Part shown: positions 21,855 to 35,100 of the stretch, in pieces
Layout of the letters: every line of letters begins with the position of its first letter
How positions within the stretch are numbered: the first letter of the stretch is position 1
Assembly: GCA_015680685.1 (NCBI GenBank)
Contig: MNCI01001928.1
Coordinates: forward strand, 62,001 to 126,000
DNA length: 64,000 bases
Direction: 5' to 3'
From: Gnetum montanum
Lineage: Eukaryota; Plantae; Gnetophyta
The notes under the pieces: generated by a model
Told to the model about the DNA's origin: nothing
Seen by the model: only the letters and a program-made list of their open reading frames with translations
The model's database searches: none
Translations under genes and position numbers: made by a program

Positions 21855-24205
21855 TACGTAGATGATATAGCCATTAAGTCCAAAGTGTGTCTTTGATGTT
21901 AAAACTAGTAAGATGCTTAGCTTTGTAGTATCTAAAGTAGGAATTTATTTTGACCTTGATAAAGCTAAGACCATATCTGACTTGGTAGTACCAACTAACC
22001 TTAAGGAGACTTGGGAACTACAAGGTAGATTACAATTTATCCATAGGTTTATTGCTAGGCTTACAGATAAGTTACAATCCATGAAACACTTGCTTAAGAA
22101 AGGATTTCACTGTGAGTGGATGGCTTAATGCCAAGAATTCTTTGAAAATCTTAAGCATGAGTTGGCACAACTACCAATAGTCTACAAGAGGATAAACCAT
22201 TTTACATCTACCTTGCTATCTCTGACATGTCTATTACCTCTCTACTTTGTTAGAAATAGGATGATGGAGTATAAATGCTTGTATACTATGTTAGCCATGC
22301 ATTGATTGCCCATGAGACCTGATATACCAAAGTGGAGAAGTATTATCTAGCCTTAGTCTTCTCATTGAAGAAGTAGAGGCACTACCTCTTTAGGAGCTAG
22401 GTTAATGTCATCTGCAAAGCTAATGTGCTTAGAGATATAACAACCAACATCTATGAGAGTAGCCATATAGCCCAATGGAAAACCATAATGGTGGATTTTA
22501 ACCTTCACTACATTTCACAAGACTTAATGAAAGGTCAAGCTATAGCCATACAACTCACTATTTCACCAATAGAAGACCATGTGACCATAGACCCTGAATT
22601 CCTAGATGAACACATCAACATTGCTAGCAATGTACATGAGGGCTATGAAGTGATCATGCACTTTGATAGAGCTTCAACTACACATGAGGCTAGTGCCACT
22701 ACCATCATATCCTTTCTATTAGGTGAAATCCAACCCTTCACTTATTGTTTTGAATTTCCATGTACTAACAATGTGGTGACGCATGAGGGTTTGATCAAAG
22801 GGATGATGGTAGGTCGTGACCAAGGAATTAAACACTTAATCATCGAAGGTGATTCATAACTTATGGTCAACCAAGTAATAAAGGTTTATGCATGTAAAGC
22901 AAAACATTTGCAAGCTTACTGTAACCTAGGTAAGAAACTGATGCAACAATTTACATACATTGATATCCAACATGTACCTTGGACCGAAAACACTATAGCT
23001 AATGTCATTGCAACACTAGCCCTTAGTGTGATGCCAAACATTTTTAGCAAATTTCCCACCTTGACCATAGACTATGTGATTCCCATCACATAGAACATTG
23101 AGGACACCTTTGTGGTTTTGGTTCGTACTGCTCCTATAAAGAAGTGGTATGACGATATCAAGTTTTACCTTATGCATGGTGAATCTTCACAAGGCATGAC
23201 TATTGCTCAAAAGGATGCTNTTTAAAATGGCCATGTTATTTGAGTGGTGTGTAACTCAATTGGTGATACATGTATAAGGTTACTATGCCATTAGCATGTG
23301 TCACAAGTTTTGACCTTCTACAGGTAGTTGCTTTTCATATAGGACCATTAATAGCATAACCATCTAATCTTAGAGGCCATGGCTATAGGTCCTATATGTC
23401 CCCCATATAACCATTGTGAACCTACTCTAGGACTGTTTGAGCTTCAACTTTTCCTAAGCACACCAAAAATATGTCATCGTAGGATCATCGACATAATGTG
23501 TTATCACCTACAATGACATATTGTTTTGATCATTTATGTATAGCATCCTTTTGAGCAATAGTCATGCCTTGTGAAGATTCACCATGCATAAGGTAAAACT
23601 TGATATCGTCATACCACTTCTTTATAGGAGCAGTACGAACCAAAACCACAAAGGTGTCCTCAATGTTCTATGTGATGGGAATCACATAGTCTATGGTCAA
23701 GGTGGGAAATTTGCTAAAAATGTTTGGCATCACACTAAGGGCTAGTGTTGCAATGACATTAGCTATAGTGTTTTCGGTCCAAGGTACATGTTGGATATCA
23801 ATGTATGTAAATTGTTGCATCAGTTTCTTACCTAGGTTACAGTAAGNGTCATCACTTCAAGTAGCCTTATCTTACTTCATCAATGATGAACAATGCAAGG
23901 AGCTACAAACCATGGACTTGGACTCAGTGGAGGAGCAATAGGTGTGAATGCTAGTTCACATCGAACAATATCAAGAGAGGCAGTAGCAACAACACCACCA
24001 TAACTTGATCAATCATAAGATAAAGGAGGGTGACTTAATCCTCAAGGCCATCTGTGAGCATGTAGATAAATTCTCAGCCAACTAGGAAGAACCTTTCTTG
24101 ATCAACAAAGCTTATGGCAATGGAGCATTTAGGATAGTAGACATAGATGGAAATGAGTTGGCCAATCTAGTCAATAATTCCTATCTAAAACCTTACTACA
24201 TTTAG
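21855..24205 (+). pseudogene. pol: Tat pol continued: RT C-terminus, RNase H, additional (archaeal-type) RNase H, integrase
   Basis: YVDD at 21855; LQGRLQFIHRFI; aRH motifs MHFDRAS..FPCTNNV..IIEGDS*LMVNQV..IQHVPWTENTIAN; INT C-terminus KFSAN*EEPF..AYGNGAF..YLKPYYI*. Confidence 0.92.
23221..23846 (-). other. Mis-oriented contig (assembly artefact) carrying the Tat integrase zinc finger
   Basis: Bounded by single Ns at 23220 and 23847. 23542-23846 is the reverse complement of 22915-23219. Read on the minus strand it continues into VHNGYMGGH...VKTCDTC. Confidence 0.9.
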
Positions 24206-25572
24206 CTTGCAATAGCTGGCATTGAGGACCATCAAAGCCAACAACAAGTGAGCTTGTAATGACATATATTACATAATAAAGGAACACCATTCCACGACCC
24301 GCTAAGTCCTTAAACTTGCAACATGGCTGGCCATGATCTTAAACTGGCAACATTGGTAACCTTGGTAGCCTAGTTTTATCATTTTGTGTGGCCTCATGTA
24401 TTGTATTACAACAACATATTTTCTTTTCTTGATTTAATTATCCTCTTGGAGTTGTTCTTGTAGGATGAAGCCTAGAGTCATCAGGAAGGTGTAACTCATC
24501 ATGGCAACAAGTCATCATGTAACCTTGAAGTGCAAGATTTAATGAGTTTATCCTGCTATGCCAAGAGTGCTTGTTTTATTTCCATTCCTATTACCATCTC
24601 CTTGAACCCATCCCTATAGCCTTATTATAGCCTTCCTTACCCTAAACAATAATGTGAACTTATGTTTGACGTTCATGCACTCTAGCCTTATGACATCCCT
24701 TTGTCATGCTTCACCTTCAAGTCTATTAAATGTAACACATCTCATTTAATGGAAAAATGATTAAATCCATTGAGCATAACATACCTTGTTCAATGGGAAA
24801 GCCACTAAGTCAACTGGAAGTAACACGCCTCATCCAGCAAGAAAACCATGTCATAATTGACCTTGGTAATGAAACCTAATAAAGGTTTAACCCCACAAAA
24901 AAAATGGGGAAGCAAATTACTAAGAAGTTGAATGACCTATGAAGATCAAAAGCCCAAATAGATGGCTCCAAACACAAAAATGGAAGAGCATAGTATCCAA
25001 AGAAACCTTGAAGCAAGATGTTGGATCCTCAAATGCATTTGTTGAGTGATCAACATCTCAAAACACAAAGTGCCAAAATCACTAATTGACCAACATGTTA
25101 GTGTCATAGTCATGATGTCAACTATGGAACACATTGTTATTTCTCATGAGAATTTCCCTATAACTACATTACCATCTTCTCATCATAGTTTTATCCCATC
25201 ATCACAAGCACTCTTTGGCATGGTTTGACATGATTGAATCAAGTGCAAAAATAGAACGTTAGTGGTGGACCTACAGTGGTGTTTTTTATTCTTTGTTAGT
25301 GTCTCTCAGGTAAATCCTCTAAATAGCAACAAAGAGGATTCAATGAAACACCACAAAAAATGCATGTTATAACTTTATTCTTGGCTATGTAATCCCCATC
25401 CCATGAAATGTGAGGCTAAGCTTCATTGTAAATGAGAAGATTGCAACCCAAGAGATGTAATCTCACATACTTTGTACTTTTAGGGTTGAAAAATGTCTCA
25501 TAAGTGGTCAAAGCCTCATCCCCAATTGAAAAAAGCAATTTGATGTCTATATTTGGACTTGGGGGGGGGGGG

Positions 25573-26740
25573 TGTTAAAAATGCCTTTTTGGATGCCAAA
25601 ATTAGCATTTTGAGGGGTTTTATGGGGGGTATAACATTTTTCATGCTAGAGAGAGTTTTTGGGAGGTGTGGCCCACATACCCTCAATGTTGGAGGTTAAA
25701 ACATCAACCATGCTTATCATGGAAGGATATAACCCTTATTCCCAGCATTTCCATTGCATATCCCCAACATTACTCCAACATGGCCCAAGATTCTAGCATT
25801 ACAGCAACTCCAACAAGGATCCTGCATATCAATGTTGTTGTTGGAATGCCCAACATGGGTGGAAGAAGCTAGCAAGGATGAAATTCTCATTTACTATTTT
25901 TAGTAAAAAAATGGATTTGATGCTATGGGTGTATAATGCTTATCATACATAGTAACCCCCTTGGATTTTAATACCCAACACATCTACACATAGCCAAAAT
26001 TTTGCAAAATTTGCAACAATCAACCAAAATTTGCAGCACTAATCAAGCATAATTTACAGCTAAATTTATGGCCTAAATCTTATAAAACCAAAGTTCCAAG
26101 ACCATGAAAGGGTTTCATACTTTTTCATTTTTGAGGCATTTTTGCATTTGAGAGCTTTGAGAACACACAAAGCTTCTTGAATCCTCAATGTGGAAACCAT
26201 AGCCATTGTTACCCTTGTTCCCCCCTTTTGAGATATGTCATATTGTGGTATCAACGCTGAGCACATGGAAATCCAAACTCCTAGCATTGCTCACTTTTTG
26301 ATTCAAATCCCTCACACCTCTCACCCTCCTACATCAATAACACAACAAATTTGGTGTAAGAATAGCAAAGGTTTGAAAGCATCAGGAGTGGTAGAACCTC
26401 TAGATCATGGAGATAATCATAGCAGTTTCAATAGATTTTGAACCACCACATAAGTGAACTTCCTTGCTCTCTTCTTAGGCACAATTTTGTATACATTTCT
26501 AAACTCTACCTTTATTATATTTTGAATAAAAGTTTATAGTTTCATTTGTGTGCAATTCAACTTTATTTGCTTTATTATCAGTGCATTTATCATTAGATCT
26601 ACATTTTGCATTTTAATTTTCATTAACTTGTTTTGCCCTCCTTAAATTATTAGGTGATCTACCATACCATCCATCTAGGGTACCTTGGATCCTTTTTCTT
26701 GCCTTTTTTTTTGTAGATGGCCTTGGGATCTAGGGTTAAG
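25573..26740 (+). repeat. Probable 3' LTR of Tat element B (right end not defined)
   Basis: Starts TGTT right after a 12-G tract, 1.4 kb downstream of INT. No partner LTR in the window. Confidence 0.5.
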
Positions 26741-29700
26741 GTTGTTGTGCTAGGAGTTCTTGATTTCTTCAGCAACTAAGATTTTTAGTTGCTACAAGAA
26801 TCTATACTATTAATTCCCAAATTAGAATAGAGTTATAGAAAAATTCCTTTAAATTAATAATCACATGTGTAGTAAAAAATTTACAAGGTATTAGGATTAG
26901 TAGCTCATGAATGTATTAAGGAGGATTGTATGTGTTAGGAATCTTAATAAAAAACTAAATGATTTAAGAATCCTAGTAGAGTCTAACCATTCCACAACAC
27001 TAAGAGTTATTATAAATGTTTATTACTCATTGATCTAGAAAATATACATGAAGAACTTAGCCAAGAGAGATTTAGCCTTACAATTAAAGAAATAAAACAA
27101 TAACAACAAGCACTTGTAACCCCCATATTTCCTAGAATCCCAATTGAGGACCAAGAATATTTTGAATTTCAATTTACCCAGTTATTTAGGGAAAGATAAC
27201 AATACATCCAAAATAACCCTAGGAGAGTGGAAGAATGTTTGATCAATTAACACAAAATTTTACATAAAGAGTTTAGACTTTAGGATAAATACTCTAATCC
27301 CTCATCATCAAGGAACCCATAAAAGAAGAAATTAGTGAATCTAGTGAGAAATTCTCCAATCAATTCTCTTTCTTACTGGTCTTTAACTCTTTTCTAGATA
27401 CTTTGAATATTAAAATAAATATGATAAATCTAGTCACAACTTTAGGGGAGCCACTTAGACAATTAGTGCTTTAAACTTCCAAATCCACTTATAGTAGTAG
27501 CAACGTTTATTTCTATACCTAATCCAACTCCTATACCAACCTTGTAGACTTTATCATTTATATTAGGGTCTCCATCCTATAATATACCTCTTCCAAGACC
27601 TCAAGCTACAATTCATCTTTCTTTTGAGAGTATAGAATCAAACATTCCTATAGTATAGCCTCATTAGGTTTATATTTTAAGAGACTTGTTAAACCAAATA
27701 ATGTCAACAATTCCTCTTAGATCATTAGTAAGTCCTCCAGGATAAAATGTAAAAGTTAAAAATTCACACTTGCTATCCATTTTTAGGGGTAATAGTGATG
27801 AGTACCTGGTATCAAATGTAAGAGAATTTGAAACCATAATAGCCATGTTAACTCCTCAAGGTGAAGATAGAATAAAAAGGATTTTCTTTAAGTCTACTTT
27901 AAAAGACAAAGCTAATTTTTAGGTTCAAAACCTTGAAAACCTAAATAGAATCATGGGATGAATTTAAAGTAGATTTTTGAAAACGTTTTCTCTTCAATGA
28001 TAGACTATATACCCTTAGGAAACATCTTATGAGCTTTACACAAAAAGAGAATGAGGATTATGATAGTGACTTTGATAGGTTTAAGGGATTATGTCTTAAG
28101 AATTCAAATCATGGATTTCCAGTCCACTAATTACTACAAATATTTATAGAAGATCTATTATTGTACTATAGATACAAAGTAGACTTTCCATGTGGGGGTG
28201 ATATTCTAAATGTTACACTGGAAGAAGATTGAAGATTTATAGATTCATTAGTGGATCAAAGTAAACATTGGCTAGAACCTAATGTCATGCAAGGAGTTAC
28301 TCATCAAATAGAAAAATTAAATAAGAAGGTGGATGAGTTAACCAAATTAATTAGGAAATAAGCCTACATACCCAAGAAGAAGCTTGCGATCTTTGTGAAA
28401 ATAAAAAACATGAAATTACAAATTGTCTAGCCTTAGGTTTACTATAATGAAGAAATCCAAGAGTTTGTAAGAGCCTTTTAATAAATTAGAAATTAGAATC
28501 TCTCCCATTTCAACCAAGGCTATTCTACCAACAACTAGTAACAATATCTCAAAATAATTTAGACCATTTGGAAATCTAAAAATTGAACATTTAGATTGAT
28601 TGACATAAAGTCTCACAACTTTTATAGAAGAAAATATGCAATTTGTAGTTGAAACAAGGAGATTCCAAGATTTGATGAAAGTAGAATCATCCTCCCAATG
28701 AGAACTTAAGCCCACAAACCAAATAAAGGATAAGGAACAAGTAAATTCTATCACTACAAGAATTGGGAAGACAATAGAATCCAAACCTGATAAAAAGTTT
28801 AGCTTTAAAGATCAAATTGAGGAGGTACAACTAGAAGAAAAATCACCCAAACAAGATGAACTACCTAAAGAAGAGAAGTTAAGTAGGAAAAAAATGTAGG
28901 AAGAAGTTAGAAAGAAACCCTTTGCACATGAACAAACATCACCTATTCCAAGGAGGGTAGTGCCACCACCACCCCCTAAGAGATTAAAGGAGGAATTTCC
29001 TACCAAAGTGCATATTGAGAAAATGTTTAGAAAATCATATTTACACATTTCACTTGAGGAAGCTATTAAAGATACCCCTATTTATGCAAAATACCTAAGG
29101 AAATTATGCACAAAATAAGAAAAGAAAATATTCTTTGTAGATAATCTATCATAACTTATTCAGAAACTATGAAATCCCAAAATATTCAGACCTAGGGATA
29201 CCAACTATTCTCATTAAAATAAATGATAAGAAAATTAAAAATTCCTTATTATACCTAGGTGTAAGCATTAACATCATGTCCCATGAGATGGCTAAAACAT
29301 TAGAATTAAAGACTAGTAAAAGTGGAGGATGGAAAATATCCAGTGGATTTTGTTATCTTAGAAGTTAAGGACCTAGATTGTTTTCCTATCAGTTTAGGAA
29401 GACCTTGACTTACAATGACATATGCTATCATCCATTGTAAATTAGACCAAATCCAACTTACCTTTACCAATCTCACATTTACTCTTAATGTTTTTGATAG
29501 AGTTGAGGATAGGATAAATTAGGATATTAAGAAAAAAAGATTTCTTTATTCTATTCGAACCTCTACCTTAGCTTAAGATAGAGAGGTATTGATACTTAAT
29601 AATTTTTAAGAAGGTCCTTTAGACTCCTCCACTAAAGAATAATAAAACCTTCTTGATCAAATTCTTAATCTAAGATTGGGAATTATAAGAGACAATATAG

Positions 29701-30092
29701 AACAACCAAGTAGCAACTTCTTGTAATATAAGAATTTAAAATATACTTAAGTGTATTTTCCTTGAAGAAAAAAAACCATTAATAATAAACTTTGAATTGC
29801 TAGTTGACCAAGAAAACAAACTAATCAAAATATTATGAAGGAAATCCAAGGCATTTGCATGGACTTATTAAAACCTCCATCATGGGATCTCTCCTAACAT
29901 ATGTCAACATTACATATACCTTGCAAACAATGTTAAACCTATAAGAATACCCCTAAGTAAATTTAACTTAGCCCTTAAAAAAATTGTGAAGGATGAAATT
30001 TCTAAACTATGACAAGAGGATATCATTATCTAATAGCTGATAGCAAATGGGCTAGTCCCATGACTATTGTATCAAAGAAGAGAGGAAAATGG

Positions 30093-30114
30093 TGTGTGTG
30101 TGTGTGTGTGTGTG
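30093..30114 (+). repeat. (TG)11 microsatellite inside the RT WRVCVD motif
   Basis: aaatgg(tg)11ttaat translates KWCVCVCVCVN. Confidence 0.95.
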
Positions 30115-30568
30115 TTAATTCTAGAAAGCTTAATCAAAATATAAACAATGATCATTTTCCTTGATCTTATATAGATCAAATTTTAGAAAGGTTTGAATGG
30201 CATGAATATTACTATTTCCTTGATTGATTTAGTGATTATAATCAAGTGACATATCTCTTGAGGATCACTAAAAAAACCACCTTCACTTGCCCTTATGGTA
30301 GGTGCCTTTGCATACCAAAGAATGTCATTTGATGTTAGTAATGCATCAACCACCTTTCAAAAGACTGATATTCATTTCTTTGATATGCTAGAAGAATATT
30401 AATAAGTATTTATACATAATTTTTCATTATATGGAAATGCCTATGAGTAAATTCTAGAATGGTTAGAGTAGCTTTTAATGAACTTAAGAAAAAGGTAATT
30501 TTAGGACTAGTATTCAATTTTCTAAATTGGAAATTTTCCTTTGATTTGATATGTGATTCTAGTGACAT

Positions 30569-30729
30569 TTGGAGTGATGGTAAGATGCTCATTTTTCAAG
30601 TCAAAGACGTGGGTTCAAGCCTAGGCATAACCACTCAAAGAGGTTAGGCTTTCGCTCATCGACGAATCCTCTTAAGACCTCACTTAGCAGGATGAGCACT
30701 GTAGATCTAGATGATGATCCTTTTATCCT
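30569..30729 (+). mobile_element. tRNA-derived SINE (Au-like)
   Basis: Box A tggagtgatgg at 30570, box B ggttcaagcc at 30612, tail atccttttatcctt. A ~24-bp TSD (30545-30568 and 30730-30753) shares the identical core ctagtgacat. It interrupts RH motif CDSSD|MAL. Confidence 0.85.
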
Positions 30730-31492
30730 TTTGATGTGTGCTACTAGTGACATGGCTTTAAGGGTAGTTCTAGAATAGTACATAGAAAAGAAGCCTAGGG
30801 TAATTTAATATGTATCAAAAATTCTAGATCAAGTCCACATAAATTATGCAACTACTAAGAAGGAACTTATAGCAATTGTGTATGCCTTGGATATGTTTAG
30901 GCATTATCAACAAAAAGATAGAAAATGCTAGAATTATGAGATGGTATTTACTACTTCAAGAATTTGAGCTTGAGATTCTTGATAAAAGGGGTAGGAATAA
31001 TGTGTGACAGATAACCTTTCTAGGTAGGAAACCTTAGAGGAAAATAGAAAAAAGGAAAATTTAGTGATAATTTTCTAATGAAAAGCTCTTTTTTAGTCAA
31101 GAAGAAGCCACGGTTTGCAAACAAAGCTAACTATTTAGCCATAATAAAGACATCAACCCATTGGAATCAAGAGGAAAAGAAATCCTTTTTGAAAAGTATA
31201 ATAAGATATATTTGGAGTGATCCTTATCTATATCAAATATTTAGGGACAAAATAGTTAGAAGATGTATTGAAAAAGATGAACAATAAGAAATCCTTTGAA
31301 TGTATCATGATGACCTTGAAGAAGGACACTTTGATAGCCGTAGAACAACATAAAAAGTAATACAAAGTGGGTTCTATTAGCCAATTATCTTTAAGGATGC
31401 TTATGTTATAATCGGAAGTGATAGTTTCAATAAAAAAATTAGCATATGAGATCTGAAAATACACTAGAGAAGCTCTGGAGAAATTATTAGAA

Positions 31493-32135
31493 TGTTGTAG
31501 ATCTGAATAAAACATTAAAGGTAGAAAATATTGTGCTGTAGCAAATCAAATAGACACTGTAAATCATTGAAAAAACCACTATAGACTCTAGAAAATGTTT
31601 GCTATAAAAGTAGAATGAAAATAGCAAAAGAAAATAGCACAAGAACATAGAGATTTATGTGGTTTGGGCCCTTTTTATCCTACCTCCACAACAATGCTAA
31701 TCTTCCTTCTATTCTACTCAAATCTTAAGGACACAAGCCTTCCTTATAGCTTTCCCAAGCACCCAATCTGTTACTCTAATAGATCTTAGATCTTAGACTC
31801 TCTTCTTCATAGTAAAACCTCAATACAATGCTTATACATCAAAAACACACACTTAAAGGCCACCCCAAGCCTTCTATTTATAAGNNNNNNNNNNNNNNNN
31901 NNNNNNNNNNNNNNNNNNNNNNNNNNNNNNNNNNNNNNNNNNNNNNNNNNNNNNNNNNNNNNNNNNNNNNNNNNNNNNNNNNNNNNNNNNNNNNNNNNNN
32001 NNNNNNNNNNNNNNNNNNNNNNNNNNNNNNNNNNNNNNNNNNNNNNNNNNNNNNNNNNNNNNNNNNNNNNNNNNNNNNNNNNNNNNNNNNNNNNNNNNNN
32101 NNNNNNNNNNNNNNNNNNTCTTCATTTTTCCAACA
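31493..32135 (-). repeat. 3' LTR of copia D (contains an N gap)
   Basis: Termini TGTTG...CAACA, adjacent to the reverse-strand PPT. Confidence 0.75.
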
Positions 32136-32164
32136 AACTCCCCCTTGAAGACAAATCCAGCTAG

Positions 32165-35100
32165 CCTTCAAGAGATGTGCACTTTTGCTTAGCTTTTCAG
32201 CATATCACTAGTTTTGTTAAAGCATCAACAACATTAAGCTTTATATGGATCTTCTAAACATGCACCAAGCTGTCCTCTATGATTTCTCTTATAAAGTGGA
32301 ACTAGATATCTATATGTTTCATCTTGGCATAAAAGGAATAATTCTTTGCAAGATGGATTGCACTCAAACTATCACAAAACACAGCATACCTTTGTTGTTT
32401 TAATCCAAGAGATTACAAGACTCTCTTCATCCATAACATCTCCTTGCATGCTTCTGTGAGGGCTACATATTTTGATTTAGTTGTAGATAAAGTTACTAGT
32501 GGTTGTAGATGTGACAACCAACTCATTACTACACCACCAAAAATAAATGTGTACCCTATAGTGGAACGTCTTGTATCATGATCAGTAGTAAAGTTTGAAT
32601 CTACAAAACCTACAATGTGTAGATTGGCATCTCCAAAACACAAGCAACATGTTTTTGTGCCCTATAAATATTTTAGAATCCATTTAACAACCAACCAGTG
32701 ATTCCACGCATAGTTGGTCATAAATCTACTAACTACTCCAACAACATAAGCAATATCAAGATGTGTACAAACCATGGCATACATCAATGACCCAACAACA
32801 GAAGTATATGGAACATTTTTCACCTGTTCAAAGTCCTCTTTTGAGTTTGGACAGTTCTCCTTTGATAAATTAAATTGTGCTAAAAGAGGTGTACTTACAA
32901 GTTTTGCATCCTCCATGTTGAAACATTTTAGAACCTTTCCAATGTAATCTTCTTGACTTAGCTAGAGCTTCTTCCTTTTTTTGTCCCTGTAAATATTCAT
33001 TCCAAGAATTTTCTTTGCCTATCCCAAATCCTTCATAGAAAATTCTTTGACCATTTCTAATTTTATATGTTTTATTTCTACCATGTCATTTCTAGCAATT
33101 AACATATCAGCAACATACAAAAACAACACTATAAACTTACCCGAAACATCTCCAAAAAAATACACACAATGATCTAGATTATTTCTTTGATAATTCAACT
33201 TCTTCATGAAGGTATCAAACCTTTTATACCACTACCTAGGGGCTTGTTTCAGACCATATAAGCTCTTTTTCAATCTACAAAATAGACCTGAACCTTGTTG
33301 TTTTTCATACCCTTCTAGCTATTTCATGTATATTTCCTCCTCCAAATATCCATGGAGGAATATTGTTTTTATATCAAGTTTTTCCAATTCTAAATCCATG
33401 TAATCCATCAAAGATAGCACTAAACATACAGAAGAGTGTTTTACCACTAGAGAAAAAATTTCTTGAAAGTTTATGCCTGGTTTCTGTGCATAACCTTTCA
33501 CCACCAACTTGGCCTTGAAACGTTTTTCCCCATTGGCCTCTCTTTTAATTCTATATAGCCACCTACACTCCAAGGGTTTTCTTCCTTTTCGTAACTGAAC
33601 TAGCTCCCATGTTTTCTTCTGCTAGAGTGATTCCCATTCATCGTTCATAGCTTCCTACCACTTTGTAGCATCAGTACACGTCATGGCTTCCTCCATTATT
33701 TCTAGTTCATCACTATCACTGTAAAGTACATAATTCAATGAGGGAGAGTACTTTTTAGGACATCTAGTAGCTCTTATGACCTTCTAACCCAATGAGACAC
33801 ATCTACAGCTTGTTGTTCATCATCTTCTTCCTCATTTTCTTGTTGTCCTCCATTTTCTCCTTGCTATCTTGAGTTCTCATCTTTTTTCCATGTAATTTCA
33901 ACATGTTGTCCAATGTTTTTAGATCTAGAAAATCCATGAATTTCATCATTTTCAACTCCTTTAGTCATCCTAAAAGGAGTTCTCATGTTGTTTGATCCAT
34001 TGCTATCCTTGTCTTTCGTTTGCAGTTCACTAAACATCACGTTTCTCTAAATTTAACATCCCTTGATCTCACCACATGTTTTAATATAAGATCCCAAAGT
34101 CTGAATCCTAAATCATCTTCTCCATATCCAACAAGTATGTAACATTTAGCCCTGTCTTGTAGCTTAGTTATGTTTTTCTTTGGAATATGCATAAATGCCT
34201 CACATTCAAAAATTCTTAAATGACTGTATAAAACGTCTTTACCTTTCCAAATAGCTTTTGGAATAGCATTATCAATTAAATAATGTGGAGACCTATTTAC
34301 CAAATATGCTATAGTCTTAATTGCCTCTCCCCAAAACATCTTAGGTAGGCCAACACCTAAATCCATTGTTCTAGCATGATCCAACAATGTTATGTTGCAT
34401 CTTTCAACAACTCCATTTTCTGTGGTGTACCAAGAGGGGTATGAATGTGTCTAATTCCTTTGTTGTTGTAGAAATTAGCAAATACTTTAGAAGTGTACTC
34501 CCCACCATTATCAGTTTGCAAACATTTTATTTTTAGACCTGATGAGACACGATATCGCATGGGCCGCGATATCGCGTATGCGATANNNNNNNNNNNNNNN
34601 NNNNNNNNNNNNNNNNNNNNNNNNNNNNNNNNNNNNNNNNNNNNNNNNGGATATCGTAGGGAAGGACGCGATATCGCGTCGGCTGCGATATCGCNNNNNN
34701 NNNNNNNNNNNNNNNNNNNNNNNNNNNNNNNNNNNNNNNNNNNNNNNNNNNNNNNNNNNNNNNNNNNNNNNNNNNNNNNNNNNNNNNNNNNNNNNNNNNN
34801 NNNNNNNNNNNNNNNNNNNNNNNNNNNNNNNNNNNNNNNNNNNNNNNNNNNNNNNNNNNNNNNNNNNNNNNNNNNNNNNNNNNNNNNNNNNNNNNNNNNN
34901 NNNNNNNNNNNNNNNNNNNNNNNNNNNNNNNNNNNNNNNNNNNNNNNNNNNNNNNNNNNNNNNNNNNNNNNNNNNNNNNNNNNNNNNNNNNNNNNNNNNN
35001 NNNNNNNNNNNNNNNNNNNNNNNNNNNNNNNNNNNNNNNNNNNNNNNNNNNNNNNNNNNNNNNNNNNNNNNATCGCACTTAGGCTAGATTAGATTTTCTT

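Larger units (their letters stand above)
7240..26740 (+). mobile_element. Ty3/gypsy Tat-lineage (Ogre/Retand-type) retrotransposon remnant B, interrupted by element A
   Basis: Domain order RT-RH-additional RNase H-INT. G-run PPT at 25561-25572 followed by TG. No gag, protease or 5' LTR recognised; both boundaries are approximate. Confidence 0.8.
27700..31430 (+). pseudogene. pol: Element C gag-pol (gag, PR, RT, RH, INT zinc-finger region), heavily decayed
   Basis: Gag: FRGNSDE..VREFE..FTQKENE..NSNHGF. PR: LLYLGVSINIM. RT: AFAWTY, WASPMTIVSKK, KTTFTCPYG. RH: NYATTKKELIAIVYAL. INT: YIWSDPYLY..IVRRCI. Confidence 0.85.

Noticed and set aside
22915-23846. MITE, foldback element or siRNA hairpin
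   Set aside because: The arms are pol coding sequence bounded by single Ns, best explained as a flipped contig.
30569-30640. tRNA gene
   Set aside because: A and B boxes are present, but there is no convincing cloverleaf; the body, tail and TSD indicate a SINE.
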